Source: Amoebophrya sp. A120
Lineage: Eukaryota; Protista; Dinoflagellata
Length of the DNA stretch: 64,000 nt
Reading direction: 5' to 3'
NCBI GenBank assembly: GCA_905178155.1
Contig: CAJINV010000003.1
Coordinates: 10,793,367-10,857,366, forward strand
Part shown: positions 12,627-24,853 of the stretch, in pieces
Numbering within the stretch: the stretch's first letter is position 1
How the letters are laid out: each line of letters opens with the position of its first letter
The notes under the pieces: model-generated
Told to the model about the DNA's origin: nothing
Database searches by the model: none
What the model saw: the letters and a program-made list of their open reading frames with translations, nothing else
Program-made: the position numbers and the translations under genes

Positions 12627-15054
12627 ATGACTGCAACTTTTACTATGTTAAGCACGGCACCTTTGCAATTGATAGAGAATGTGCAGCAGCAGCTCGACAC
12701 AATCATGAATCCTCCTTCGCGAGAGCTCATCCAGACGTTCCAGGGAATGAAGAACGTGGATTTTACGTTACCGGAGGAGAAACGGAAGGTGAAGAGCAGC
12801 AGCTTTCGCATCAGCCCCTGCTACAAGGACTTGGTGAAGCTCGCCGACGAGAACAGCTTCCGCTACAACATGGACGTCGCCACGGAGACCGCGCTCAAGC
12901 ACAGCGCAAAGAACTCAATGGACGTGGCCAGGGCGCAGTACCAGGGAAGTCTGAAATATCTTCTTGCAAAAACACCACCAAAAACACCTTTGCCGCACAC
13001 CATCAATTTGCTATTCATACAAAAACAAAAAAAAATCACGACGCGTAATAATGCGAATGCCCCTATTTCACAGTCAAAATTTTACTGATTATTTTTTTCT
13101 GCAATACAACCTCAGCCAGAACTTGAACTACAAGAAAAAGAATTACCCTTCAAGTTTCTGTTTCTCATCTTGCCAAATTTGCAACATACTTAAGTGTGAC
13201 TGTGCTGGTGTTTTTTTTTTCTTGCATAAGAAACCGGTGGTGGCTAAGTCCTCCTCCAGCTCCTCGCTTCCAACGAACAAGCACTCCGCCGAGCGCCAGG
13301 CTATGTACGCCGAGGCCCTGTCCGCCGGTGTGGACACAAAACTGCTGCATGCCACTCACTATCCTCTGGAACAAGAGTTGCACTTCAAGTACCGTGCCGC
13401 TCGGAGTCATAAATTTCAATGCTAATAATTCATTGCATTTTTCCTGCGTCGTCATCTTCATTTTGATTTTTACGCTATTGTTGCAGCGCTCATAAACCAA
13501 ACAACTCGTCTTTGCTCAGCCAGAAAAAAACATCGCAGTCGTAAAACCGTTGTCATGTTTAACCGCCATTGATACTTGTGGCGCTACTTTTGCAATTCAT
13601 AGCCGACCGCTGAAGCCGGGCATGGGCAGCTGTATGAGAGTGCATAAGAACTCCCCCTCATCCCCCTCATTGTCATTTTTTGGAGCGCATTTCTAGCAAT
13701 CAAGACCACCTCACAAAAGAGGATCGTGGTGTCGCTTGGACTATGCGGCGGCCCTATGCGAATACGACCAAAAAGCCCACTTCGTGGCCACAGAGTTTGC
13801 ATTTTTTGGGCATTTTGCGTCACGAGCAATATAGGGAAGAAGAGATTGGAATCGGGCACCTCCACTCTCATAAGCTCTCCCGAGGTGCCAAAATACGACT
13901 TGGACGCCCGGTTTCGAAACCAGGCCATCCCGCTCTCGGCGGACGTCGCCTACCGAGTTAGCAACAACGCTCCGGACAAGCACAACCCGGACCTGCACAT
14001 CCACGGCATTGACTACGACCCGTACCTGCACTACTTGGACATGCTCGACCCGAACAAGGTGGGCTACAACGCCGACGAACCGCGGCAGGTAACCGACCCC
14101 TTGTTGGCGCGGTCCAAGCCGGTGCTGGAGCCCAATCTGTGGGGCCAGCTGGCCATCCAGTCCACCCCGTACGGGCACTTTGCGCAGGTGTGCGCCCAGG
14201 GCGCCGACTACAAAAAGGACCGCAACTTTGTCCCGGACGAGTCTGACAACGTGCCTGCGGCCGGGAAGCGCAAGACGCTACGCATAGCAAATACTGATGA
14301 ATCTCGGTCCTCTACTGAGTGAAGATAGACTCCCAGGCTACTTTTCATGGACACTTTGCATGACCTCCCGTGTTCATGTGCTTGACGTTTGTGAAGATGT
14401 ATGCCCTAGCATGATCAGAGACTTCCTGAGGGCTCCTTTTTTTTACCTATAGTCCCGCAGGAGGAATGCCATCTCCGCGTAGCAAAAACTGGATCTCTTG
14501 GTGCTCACGCAATACAGGTTCATTCTTTACAAACAGAATCCAAAGTAGCCGCGACCAGCAACGCACCATTCAGTCACAATCTTCAATACCCCGTCGACGA
14601 GGACATCATATTTGTTTTTGCAATGGATACACACGGTTCACGCGCAATGATGTGGGGATCCTGAAAGGCGAGGTGGCCAAGCGCGGTGAATCCATTCTGA
14701 ACAAGACCGACGTCGTATGAAAGTGCACAACTCCCCTTCCCCTCTGTCATGCAAAATCCCAAATCCACTCTTTGCCTGTTAGCACTGTTTGCATGACAGA
14801 TTCCGGAATCCAAAACACCACTACAACAATTCTCTAGGAATTTGCCATGCAAAAGCTGCATCTTTGCCAGCGCTATTGTCTTGCTGTTCATGCTCAATGA
14901 GTGAATGAATGAGGGGAGAGGGAGTTGCGCACTCTCATACGTCGGGGCCAGCAACGCAGCACCAAACCAGGACCACTTCACATACGAAAAAGGAACGCGG
15001 GTGGTGGATGGCGAATTCCCCCTCGGTAAAATGATGCTGCCGCACAAACACTAA
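12627..15054 (+). CDS. Hypothetical protein, 6 exons, all 5 introns non-canonical (start may be ATG 12705)
   Basis: Strongly GC3-biased exons join in frame across introns 12956-13232, 13407-13605, 13632-13876, 14278-14633 and 14715-14943: QGSLKPVVAK / AARRPLKPGMGSSPEVPK / GKRKTRFTRNDVG / KTDVGASNAAPNQDHFTYEKG...HKH*. Confidence 0.7.
12956..13232 (+). other. Non-canonical stem intron (A-TAT...ATA-AGAA), 277 nt
   Basis: DR GAAA; in-frame join SLK|PVV; IR TGCAA..AAAAACACC / GGTGTTTTT..TTGCA. Confidence 0.7.
13632..13876 (+). other. Non-canonical stem intron, introner family member, 245 nt
   Basis: G-TATGAGAGTG...CACTCTCATA-AGCT; DR AGCT; in-frame join. Confidence 0.75.
14278..14633 (+). other. 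Non-canonical stem intron (C-TAC...ATA-CACA), 356 nt
   Basis: IR GCATAGCAAATACTGATG / CATCATATTTGTTTTTGC; join KRKT|RFTRND. Confidence 0.6.
14715..14943 (+). other. Non-canonical stem intron, introner family member, 229 nt
   Basis: ~30-bp TIR GTATGAAAGTGCACAACTCCCCTTCCCCTC / GAGGGGAGAGGGAGTTGCGCACTCTCATAC; DR ACGTCG. Confidence 0.85.
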
Positions 15055-17373
15055 CGAAATGCGCGACAAATAAGTATGATTTAAGTAAGTACTTCTACTA
15101 CGCTGTTGATAAAAGGTAAAGGAGAAAGAACGTCGACCTCAGCTTGAACTTGTTGCGGTGATGTGGCCGCAGAGTCAACGCTTTTCACCTCGAACCTGAG
15201 ACGTTCAACCTATCAACGATAAATGAGTTGAGATAATGCATTCAAATAAAGGACGCAGCTGTAGTTCGCAAATAAAATGGGAGGAGATCCACGACCCAAA
15301 TGAGACCTCTATCCTAGAGCCTCTGTGATGCAACCTTCAAAACCTTACCTAGAGTACCTTTGATTTTACAGAATTAAATGCTCGCCGCAGATATGCTAAT
15401 TTAGTTTAACATACACTTTTGATATTACGCTTGGTAATATGAAGATTACGACGATAAAGAAAATCAGGCGCGTCCTCGAGACCGACGTTCTTGTGCAAGT
15501 ACTTAGAGCTACCGCTAGCGCTCGCAGCTTGTATGCCATTCTCTCTGGCAACGCGTGCTGAAATGATCGAAAAGGACGGACGAAAGATAAAATTTCGTTC
15601 GCAGATGCACCACGAAAGATCAGACGCAAGCGCGATTGATATGTATACTACGAGCACAAAACTCCTGGTGCTGAGAATTCGATGGTAAATCTGGACGGAG
15701 AAGAAGGAAGAGGCGACGGAGCTTCTCTGCTCGTGATCGTGTTCAGTTTGGCTTTTTTTGTTCGTGCTCGCCTCGAGAATGAGAAACGAAAGACACAAAC
15801 GAAGAGGCGGTACAGAAGAACAAGCCAAATGCTACAGCGTAAAGGTAAATTTAGAAAATGCACTACTTACAAATACAATTTCGATTTTTACAAATGAAGG
15901 ATGAAAACGGACGAGAGATGACGATCTCAACACTCGTGCGCATTTGTACTGCACGTAAACTACGGTGCAGTGAAGTCGAAAAAAATAGTACTCGTGATCG
16001 ATTCTCGGAACTACTCGATGAGCATCTTCATCTCTCTGAGCAGTAGAAAGCCACACCCGAAGTAAATCAATGCGCAGCCTGCTCCTGGCGTGTATGTTGC
16101 AAGTGTCTAGCTCGTTTTGATATCCAGCGATTGTCGCCTGCTGAGAAACCAGTCGCCAGCTACGGAAGACGAAGATTAGATAGTACGTTAGGCATTACCT
16201 CGCTCGCCTTGAGTTGAAGGAGCGGCCGCCGACTGATTAAATATTCAGTAGCGATACCTTTCGTCGCAAAGACATCAGGCAAGAACAAGAAGTTGAATGC
16301 TTTCCCCGAAAATGCAACAGCGACCTCCAAGCTTTTGCTCGCGCGACAAAATAAATACACTACTTTACAAAACGATTTTTCTGATCAATTTTAACAAGGA
16401 AGTGCTACTAGTTTCATCCAGAGCTGCTTTTCTCGTTTCAGTCATTCACCCATCTGTACCTGTTTAAACTTTGATCTCTCGCCATAGTTGTCTATGATGT
16501 TTCTTGACAAATATCGGCAACTGGAGCTGTGGCTGTCTAATGAGTGTATGTTCAGAAAAAAGACGGCCAGTATTTACCATGTTCGCACTCCCAAAGCTGA
16601 ATTTTTTTCATAGGATAGTATAAAAGCAAAGAAGTGCAAAAGTCAAGAGATCTCTATACACTTGCGTGATGAATCCTGATCACAGTAATTGTCAATGAAA
16701 CAGAAGTATCAACATGGCAAAAATGAAATTTGGCGACAAGGACGATTGCCGAGCCGCAAAGAATAGCAGGTGACGACTCCCGGCAGCACCTTCCCAGTCG
16801 ACAAAGCAAGGCATTCTTGAGTCAGAAGTTCTGTTTCATTCATAACCTCCTGCAAAGCAACTGCCCAAGTAGTTTAATCACAACCGCTCGACTAGTTTTT
16901 TTAATGGAGATGCATAGTCGGAGAGAAGAAGAAAAGTAGCATCCAGCCTTTCGCAACAACAGCAGAAACTACCAAGAAACTCAAAGTGAACAACTCCAAC
17001 AAATTACAAGCAGCAGGCCTGCAACGTCCTTGGCTGAGGGTGTGGTGGCTGAACTTTCAAGGAACCACAGGAGCGTCTAATTCCTACCCCAGTCTTGAAG
17101 CGAACTCCAGCTTTTTGGTCGTCCACTTTCCTTTTCATCCGCCACCGCATGACTTTGACTGTAGCAAGCCCGAGGACGACTACAGCACCACGACATCAGC
17201 ACTAGTAGAAACAACAGAAAAGTAAACACCAGGCGACCAGCACCACGACCGCTTCTTTACGTGGTACAAGAAGCAACAAGAAGACCACAACCACGACGTG
17301 AAGTTTTTCGACTTCGTCCACTCGTAGCTCGCTGGAATCTACAACAGCCAAGAAAAGAAAAGCTTTTGACAAC

Positions 17374-19047
17374 ATGAATGTGACAGAGCTTGATCGGCAG
17401 ATCGAGCAACTGAGGCGATGCGAGTACATCCGGGAGGCGGAAGTGAAGATCTTGTGCACGAAGGCGCGCGAGATTTTGGTAGAGGAGTCGAACGTCCAAC
17501 GCATCGAGGCACCCGTGACCATATGTGGAGACATACATGGACAGTTTTACGACCTCCTGGAGCTGCTCCGCGTGGGTGGAAACTGCCCCGAAACCAGCTA
17601 TCTCTTCATGGGCGACTTCGTAGACAGGGGGTATAAATAAGAGGACTGCTTTTGTTTATAGTTATACATTGTATTTTTAACCTCCGAAAAAGTTTTTACA
17701 GCGTTGTAGATGCTTCATGCAATGCTAGTACTACGCAGAAGCTTGTCTTTCGGCCCTTTATGGTCATAATGGCTTGGAGAACGACGACGATCACGAAAGA
17801 CAAAAATGCCACTGTTGGATGTTGTTGATATCGGAAAAGTAGGTAATCATTCCTCCTGCTTAACAATAACATTCTTAGTATAGAAATATCTTCGACAGAT
17901 TCATGTTGTACTTGTATCTGAGTCAGATCTTGTTCAAGTTCATCAAGATATGACTCATCAGGTTTTATTCGGTTGAAACGTTCCTACTTCTCCTGGCCCT
18001 GAAGGTCAGGTATCCGGAGCGAATGTTTCTAATCCGGGGCAATCATGAATCGCGACAGATTACACAAGTGTTACGCGAGTGGACATCGATTCTTTTGCCC
18101 GTCCCCCTTGGTTCTTGAATCGCAAGATCATGAGTAGCAGCGAAAATAACGACCTGATAAATGATCATGCAGGCTCTGCATGAGAAGTCCATGTACGGAA
18201 TGTAGATAGTGCGATTTCCTCACCTTTTCGAATTCTATCAATATCTGTTTTTGTAATGCAGGCGCTGCCACATCCAAGTGCAAGAGCGGTATTTCCATTT
18301 TATATGTTGATCTTCGGCAAAGGACAAAATGAAAATGAGAGGAGGACCACGGGGTGGGGTAGTTTTGCAGTCGCATACGCGTACGGCTTCTACGATGAGT
18401 GCTTGCGAAAGTACGGCTCCGTGAACGTATGGCGGTACTGCACGGAGATTTTCGACTACCTCGCGCTCTCCGCCCTGATCGAGGACAAGGTGTTCTGCGT
18501 GCACGGTGGTCTGTCGCCCCTGATCTCCAACCTGGACGAGATCCGTGCCATCGACCGTAAATGCGAGGTGCCGCACGAAGGGGCGATGTGCGACCTTCTG
18601 TGGTCCGACCCCGAGGACTGCAACGGGTGGGGCCTGAGTCCCCGAGGGGCCGGCTACCTCTTCGGCGGCGACGTCGTCCGGCAATTTAACCAGGTAAACG
18701 ACATCCAGCTGATTGCAAGGGCCCACCAACTCGTTATGGAGGGGTACAAATGGATGTTCACCGGACCGCTCCCCGTGATGAACAAAAATAAAAGCAGCAA
18801 CAACGACGAAAAGGAAAACGACGGCGACGACAAAATGAACGGCATCGCGCCCCCCGCGGCGAGTGAGAACAAGAGCGGCCTCGTCACAGTATGGTCCGCT
18901 CCCAATTACTGCTACCGCTGCGGGAATATCGCGAGTATTCTGGAGTTCGACGAGTCTTTGAATCAAACCTTCAAGACCTTCGACGCAGCGCCAGCAGAAT
19001 CTCGCGGCGTCCCAGCGAAAAAAATTGCCCCTGAGTACTTCTTGTGA
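17374..19047 (+). CDS. PPP4C: Serine/threonine protein phosphatase 4 catalytic subunit (PPP family)
   Basis: [48 protein letters not shown] and C-terminal EYFL; introns 17631-17961 (GT-AG) and 18071-18381 (non-canonical). Confidence 0.93.
18071..18381 (+). other. Non-canonical stem intron in PP4 (T-TACGCGA...TCGCATA-CGCG), 311 nt
   Basis: Required to restore the conserved ITQV|YGFYDE; no in-frame GT-AG solution; C-rich 5' tract pairs with G-rich 3' tract. Confidence 0.85.
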
Positions 19048-21526
19048 GCTACCCGTAATGAAGTAGAAGAGAAGCTGGCCGCCTCTCCGCATCTTGTGCT
19101 AGCTTCATTCATACGACCGACGTGTGTTGCAAGTAGTATTTAAATAATATGAATTAAATTGATAGATATTAGATAAATCCTTGAGAACCAAGACACAGCG
19201 GAAGTAGGATGGCTGGCAAGACGTGCACTGTAGGCCTCGCCTGCGGCCGCACTAAAATTTTTTTTTTGCTCCCTCTCTAGCTCCCTGACCAAATAAACGA
19301 AAAGCTCGTAGCCTTGAATGTTATTACCCCCCGAAAGCAAGAGGTGGCTGTTGGCGACAAGATAAAAAATATGATATCGTACTGACACTGAGTACGCGAA
19401 CACGCACAAAAAAAAGCCCACCAAGTAGCACCATTGTTCCTGCTGATGATAGTTGCAAATACGGAAACGCAAAGGCAAAAATGTACATAGAGGAACCTGG
19501 TAGAGGTACGAAGTACTCGCTGTCGTAGCACTAGCTTCTGCGTCGCAATACTTACAAGAAGAACATAAAGAAACTCGCTGGGGCCCGGACGTGATAGATA
19601 AGTACGCAACTACTAGTACGAGTAGGGATCTTCACGTAAAGATGACGCTACCAATGCAACAGGAGGGAGCCGCAGCGATATGACTGCAACGTACATCACC
19701 CGTCCAGGAGCTCAGGCATGTCCACTAGCGGTACCGATGGACCCCCCCGGCTAAAATGAAACGCACCTACTTGCTACTTGTAGCTCTATGATCATCAGCA
19801 AAAATATAAAGGGCAAAGACCGTCGGCGCCAGTGTTGCATCCCAGCCTGGGTAGCAAGCCGAGTTGATGTCGTGGTCAAGTTCTAGTTGCTGGGAGAAAG
19901 ATCTTCTTCCGACGTACTGACACTGACAGCAAGTGCTGTTCTCGAAGGAATGCGATTGCAAACGTGAACTGACCAGCCAGATGGATTGCAGGTCGGTCCA
20001 CCAGGTGGTACCTTTTTTTTACCAAATGATATATCCTCCTTGGTCTGTATGTGTATCGCCATCGGTTTTTTCTTTCGTGTCCTTGTGCTTAGTAGAGTTT
20101 CTCCTTTTTTGCTGCGAGTGACTTCTGACGTTGCCCGGCAGTGGAAGGACCGGGTCGAGGAGCTACAAAAGTAAAGAGAGCAAAAAAAACCATTTGAACC
20201 AAGAAAGCGTAAATGGGGTCGAGACCCGTCTGCATAGTCTTTGACTTTGTGGAATAGTCTTTGTGGAATAGTCTTTGCTTGAGCTTGTTTATTTTGGAAC
20301 TTCACTTCACTATTTTTTATATTTACCTCGACGTAGCACGAGCCATAAAAGGCTTGCCGGTACTACATATAGGATTGAGTTGGTGCTTACTTCTTTTCTT
20401 TCATGCGTCTTATTGTTATAATTCACAGGTTGTAGATGTAGTTATACGAGCCACGTATGCTCCGCCTGTGTAAGTGTGAAACAAAGTAGTTCAATTGTTC
20501 CGCTAGACCGAAGAACAAAAAAAGAGCCAGATGGACAGGAGCTCAAAAATAAAAAACGAAAAGCCAGGGACAGAAGCAGCTCCGCCCCGTTTGCAGTTGT
20601 GGTTGTAAGCAGATCTTGATTGCGATCGCAAGCAGTTTTTGCGGTTGTGAGGCGTATGCGCGCCTGTGCTAACAACTGTGAGCAGTTGTTGTGGCTGGAG
20701 TGGTTTTTGCGCCACTTTTCTGCATACCGCGGCTGTCATTCTTCGTGCCAAACTATAGGTAGGTCTCCACAGGCGAGAAGAGTCCCTTGCTTTTCCACCC
20801 GATGCAGGCACTGAGTGCCGAGATCGTTACGCTTAGGCTTGTTTGCTTCCCGCCAGCTCTTCAAGACTTTGAAAACCTGGGGCGTCGTTCTTCCTTCCAG
20901 CGCCGCGCGCGCTTTTTTCAGCCAGCTTTGACGACCCTGCCTCCTATTTTTGTTGACTGTCGAATTCAAAAGGTTTGCAAGTTCTGCTGTTGGCCCTCAT
21001 CTTCAAGCTTTGCCTCTTCTTTTGCTTTCAACTTTCATTTTTTCGCTTTAGCCTTTACGTTTAGCTTTTACCCGTAGCTTAGTTTTTAGCTTCTACTTTT
21101 GGTTTTACCTTTTAGATTTCTTTTTTAGTTTTTCCTTTTAGTTTTTACTTTTTTTTTTGGCTTTTGCCATTGCCTCGAAGTTGCGGAGTAATTGTTTGGC
21201 CATCACGACTTTAGTGTTAGCAAGGGATAGATTGTTGCAACTCTCTTGATGGTAAGAGGCCAGCACCGCCGCCGCGCCATGAAATGAAATGAAATGCACG
21301 TAGCCACTTTGGATCAAGCTTCGGCGGCGCCGTGGTAGCCGCGTGCTCGAGGGTGGTGGTGCGATTCTGCGTCTGTAAGAATATCTTTTGCAGTGGCAAG
21401 CGTACGACTTTTCCATGAAGATCCTCTTTAGTAGTTGCATTTCTGGCACTGCCGCGGCGCACCTGGGCGGTCTGCATTCGTCTAAGGGAGATCGCGGCGC
21501 GACGGGTGCAACTCGTTTAGACCGCC

Positions 21527-23037
21527 ATGCAGGCTGGACGCGGTCGGGCGCGGAGGTCGAGGCCGCGGCGAAGTTTTTCTTTGTCACACGGTTCAGCAAT
21601 TTTTTTTGGAGCACCGAGGAATTTCCTACGACCCTCGGCTGGAAAGTCCCAATTCCTGGCAGAACTGGAAAGTTGTGATCTCGCCGAGCCGCCCGGGGGT
21701 TTTAAGGAAAATCCTCCTTTGGCCCCCCTCTCCGCGGCCGACTGCGTGCGGACGCCCCAACTCCGGCATCTCTTCCAGGAGAGCCTGATTTCCCAGCCCC
21801 GGACCGTCGTGGACTTCACATATTTCGGGGCGGCGAGTCGCGACGCGTTGGAGATTCGGATGCAGGAGTTGAAGGACCAGGTCGATCTTTTTGTGATCGT
21901 CGAGGCCGACGTCGACCACCGAGGGATGCAGGTCCGGAATGACATCTGGCCGGAGGTTTTGTCCAAACAAGCGGCTTTTCGGGAGTTTTCTGATCGCGTG
22001 CTGCATCTACCGCTGCACTACACGGGGTCCCGTCTGAACGGCACAGACAACGCGACCCAGTTAGACAGCGCGCCGGTCAGTTTTGCGATCGAGGCTTGGA
22101 TGGCGCAAGAGGGCTCCCGCCAATTGCACACAAAGCTGCAGAAGCGGTTTTTTTCTTCCCCAGTCCGTGAGAACAGCGAGGGCAGCGCCCTCCAAGATGC
22201 TTCTGAAGAGACAAAATCAGATTCGGAAAGAGAAACTGTCCAAAAGTTGCAATTTGTTTCAAACAATACAAGAACATTGCTGCCACCGCAGCAGCCAACT
22301 GTGGACTCGCGGGCGCTGCTGGTGCTGACTGCGCACACTGACGAGACCCCAAGTCGCGAGGTGGTGCAATTGGTGCGCAATTGCAAATTTCGGGGGGAGA
22401 AGCTTGAAGAACATTTTCCGTTGCACACTGCGTCACTCATGGTCCAGAATTTGGTCGACCAAGCCTTTCGTACCGATTTTCCTGCCAATCCGGCATTCCC
22501 CTACGAATATTCGCAGCCTACTTTTGCGCTTTTTCACCCTGCTAAAATCGAGGACGCGGGCGGGGCCACAGAAACTCCTACAGCACCAAGCGGGCCGTCT
22601 GAGCGCAAAGCCGAGCTTGATACGTTCGGACGCGTCGCGAATGTGCCCCCGGAAAAAACCATTTACGGGGGGGCGCATATGACCGGCTACCCTTTTCCCG
22701 CGGCTTTTTTTCTGAAAATGTTGCAGTGCACCGAGTGCAGGGGGGGCGCCCATGGCGTGATCTGCACGAGGCGATTCGCCAGGGCTGCGCCAGTGGAAGT
22801 CGTATTACGAGGGTTGCGGAAGCAATCAAGACCGAACTGACCGCGAAGCAGGTGGCCTCAGCGGGTTGGGAGACGCGGTTTGCGGATCCGGCGGAATTGG
22901 TGCAATCCGACCAGAGTAAAACCTACGAAGAGATGTTTCACCTGCCGGAGTACTTTACTGCGAACAAGAAGCGGTTCCCCGCGTGGTTCGGAAAACACCA
23001 GGACCGTCGTGCGTTCATTGCGTGCCCACTAGTCTGA
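21527..23037 (+). CDS. Glycosyltransferase family 17 (MGAT3-like); intronless, with one apparent frameshift at the G7 run ~22740
   Basis: LEIRMQELKDQVDLFVIVEA, HTDETP (D-DE motif), GAHMT, and LPEYFTANKKRF in the shifted frame 22726-23037. Confidence 0.7.
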
Positions 23038-23495
23038 GAATCAGATCAGGATTGACACCAAGAGACTTCTAGCGCAACAAAGCGCTATCAATTACGAGCC
23101 AAATGCCACGGGTCCCATCACACCATTCACGGGTCCGGCAGTGCCCCCACGATGATTGACGAGGCGTTGCTGCACCAGATGTTTTTTTATGGGGTGAAGC
23201 CAACATGCGTGCGAATGCGAAACCACAAAGAAGAATCCGAAACATGTTTCTTGAGTCAATTTCAAACCGTAACCCTAACCGATACCAGCATGTTCCTTCC
23301 TCCTGCACTAAAATTACAACGTCCATAATGGGCGATGTGAAACAAGACTGGAGCTTGACAGAGCTTCGGGCCGAATAAACAAAAGTGCTCTTCAAGAGCA
23401 CTTTTGTTTATTCGGCTACTCGCAAGACTTGCGAGTAGAAAAAGCGAAAGCGATTTTCGAGGCTTTCTTTTCATTATCCACAAAATGAACCTCAG

Positions 23496-23570
23496 GAGGT
23501 GCGTGCTTATTTTTTGGAGGTGCGTGCTTATTTTCGAAGAAATTTTGGAGGTGCGTGCTTATTTTCGAAG
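23496..23570. repeat. 3x tandem GGAGGTGCGTGCTTATTTT
   Basis: Directly visible copies at ~23496, ~23517 and ~23546. Confidence 0.8.
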
Positions 23571-24393
23571 AAAAACCATGGCGTCGCAACCTTCTTGAAA
23601 CAAAATGCACTTTAGGCTTTTCCTTTTTCAGTGCCTGCGGAAAGATACGAACTTAAGGAACTAAATCACGACGCGCATCTTACTTGTGATTTATTTGTTG
23701 TTCGTCTCAGGGTCAGGTGGTCGGTCACGGTCTGTGTTGTATCTTCGTTCCTTGCGCCAAGTTTGTAACAATGCAGCAATCCGGGGGGACCTCTATCTTG
23801 GCACCCCTCGAGAGCTGTTAGCACGACCTGACGCTCGATTCAGATAGAGCGAGGTCATTGCGGGCCATTATTTTCCCTGAAAAAGTTAAAAAGTAAAAAC
23901 CCGCAGTGCTACGGGTTAGTTTTACTAGCGCCACCCGTTGCGCCGGGCGAGTAGTGTAGCTCATAAACGCACGGCGAAAACGGAAAAGGGATGCTTGTCT
24001 CTATGCCCAAAAAGGCTTAAAATAGTCCATCCCTCACGCTGCTGCTGTGCCGGTGGTTGTGGCGTTCGGGTGGAGGTTCGCCGGTGTGCCGGTCGTGCAC
24101 TACTAGAAAGCTGTGCGTAATAGTTCCGTGGCCCTCCCTATGTGGTGCCTGTTCGTGTGCATAGCATCCCGCGGAGCGCCCTCCCATAGAGTAGGTTTTG
24201 CATGAAAATAGCGACACCCGTGCGGATCAGGTGCAGGAGAGTTGCTCGGCATGTACCGCGACCGGGGGAGTAGTTTGGGTAGTTAAGTAGTAATAGGATG
24301 AAAAAGGTGCAATAGCTTACCGACCCGCTGTTTTTGTTTACCAAAAACTAAGGTGGGACCTAGTAGCACGTAGTTCGAAAAAAGAAAAGAAGA

Positions 24394-24504
24394 CGGTCCG
24401 TTGCTAGGCATCGTCGACCGACGTCTTTCTTCTTATTTGTGTCTCATTTTTCGGTCCGTTGCTAGGCATCGTCGACCGACGTTTTTCTTCTTATTTGCGG
24501 TCTC
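24394..24504. repeat. 58-bp tandem duplication
   Basis: CGGTCCGTTGCTAGGCATCGTCGACCGACGT at 24394 and 24452. Confidence 0.85.
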
Positions 24505-24853
24505 AGGCTGTGCAACAAGAAGACTCGTGTACGTATGGACTGTACAAATAGAAGTACAGGAAAAGAAATATAGTTATATTATTATTATTATTATCGAAGA
24601 GAAATATAGTTATAGACATGATTGCACCACATAGTAGAGCGATATGCGGAAAAAGTCTCGCATCATGAGCGACATCATGATCACCAGTATCACAATCGCA
24701 TGCATTCCCTTGTATTGTTAGTTTATCCATATTCTATTTCCTGTAGTATCTGTAAGGGTTGCATAAAGAGAACGTAGTACCAACATGTCCGAGTGTTGAT
24801 GATATTGCGCTGTCAAACAAGTTTGCGAAGAAAATTCGCCGTCGAAAGCAAAA

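Noticed and set aside
12947-13873. Direct repeats AAGTC (12947/13246) and TCATAA (13407/13868) as splice junctions
   Set aside because: Both joins are out of frame; the stem-rule junctions and the micro-exon resolve the gene in frame.
20736-21203. DVNP-like protein (WLKKARAALEG, Lys-rich)
   Set aside because: The DVNP core (TSGGL.K.DL..NK.GKIVS) is absent and there are many stops/frameshifts.
22739-22747. Programmed frameshift in GT17
   Set aside because: It lies in a G homopolymer, so a sequencing or assembly indel is more parsimonious.
23920-24365. Helitron-like end (ACTAG..CCCG..CGGG)
   Set aside because: The hairpin is too weak and there is no supporting second terminus or copy.
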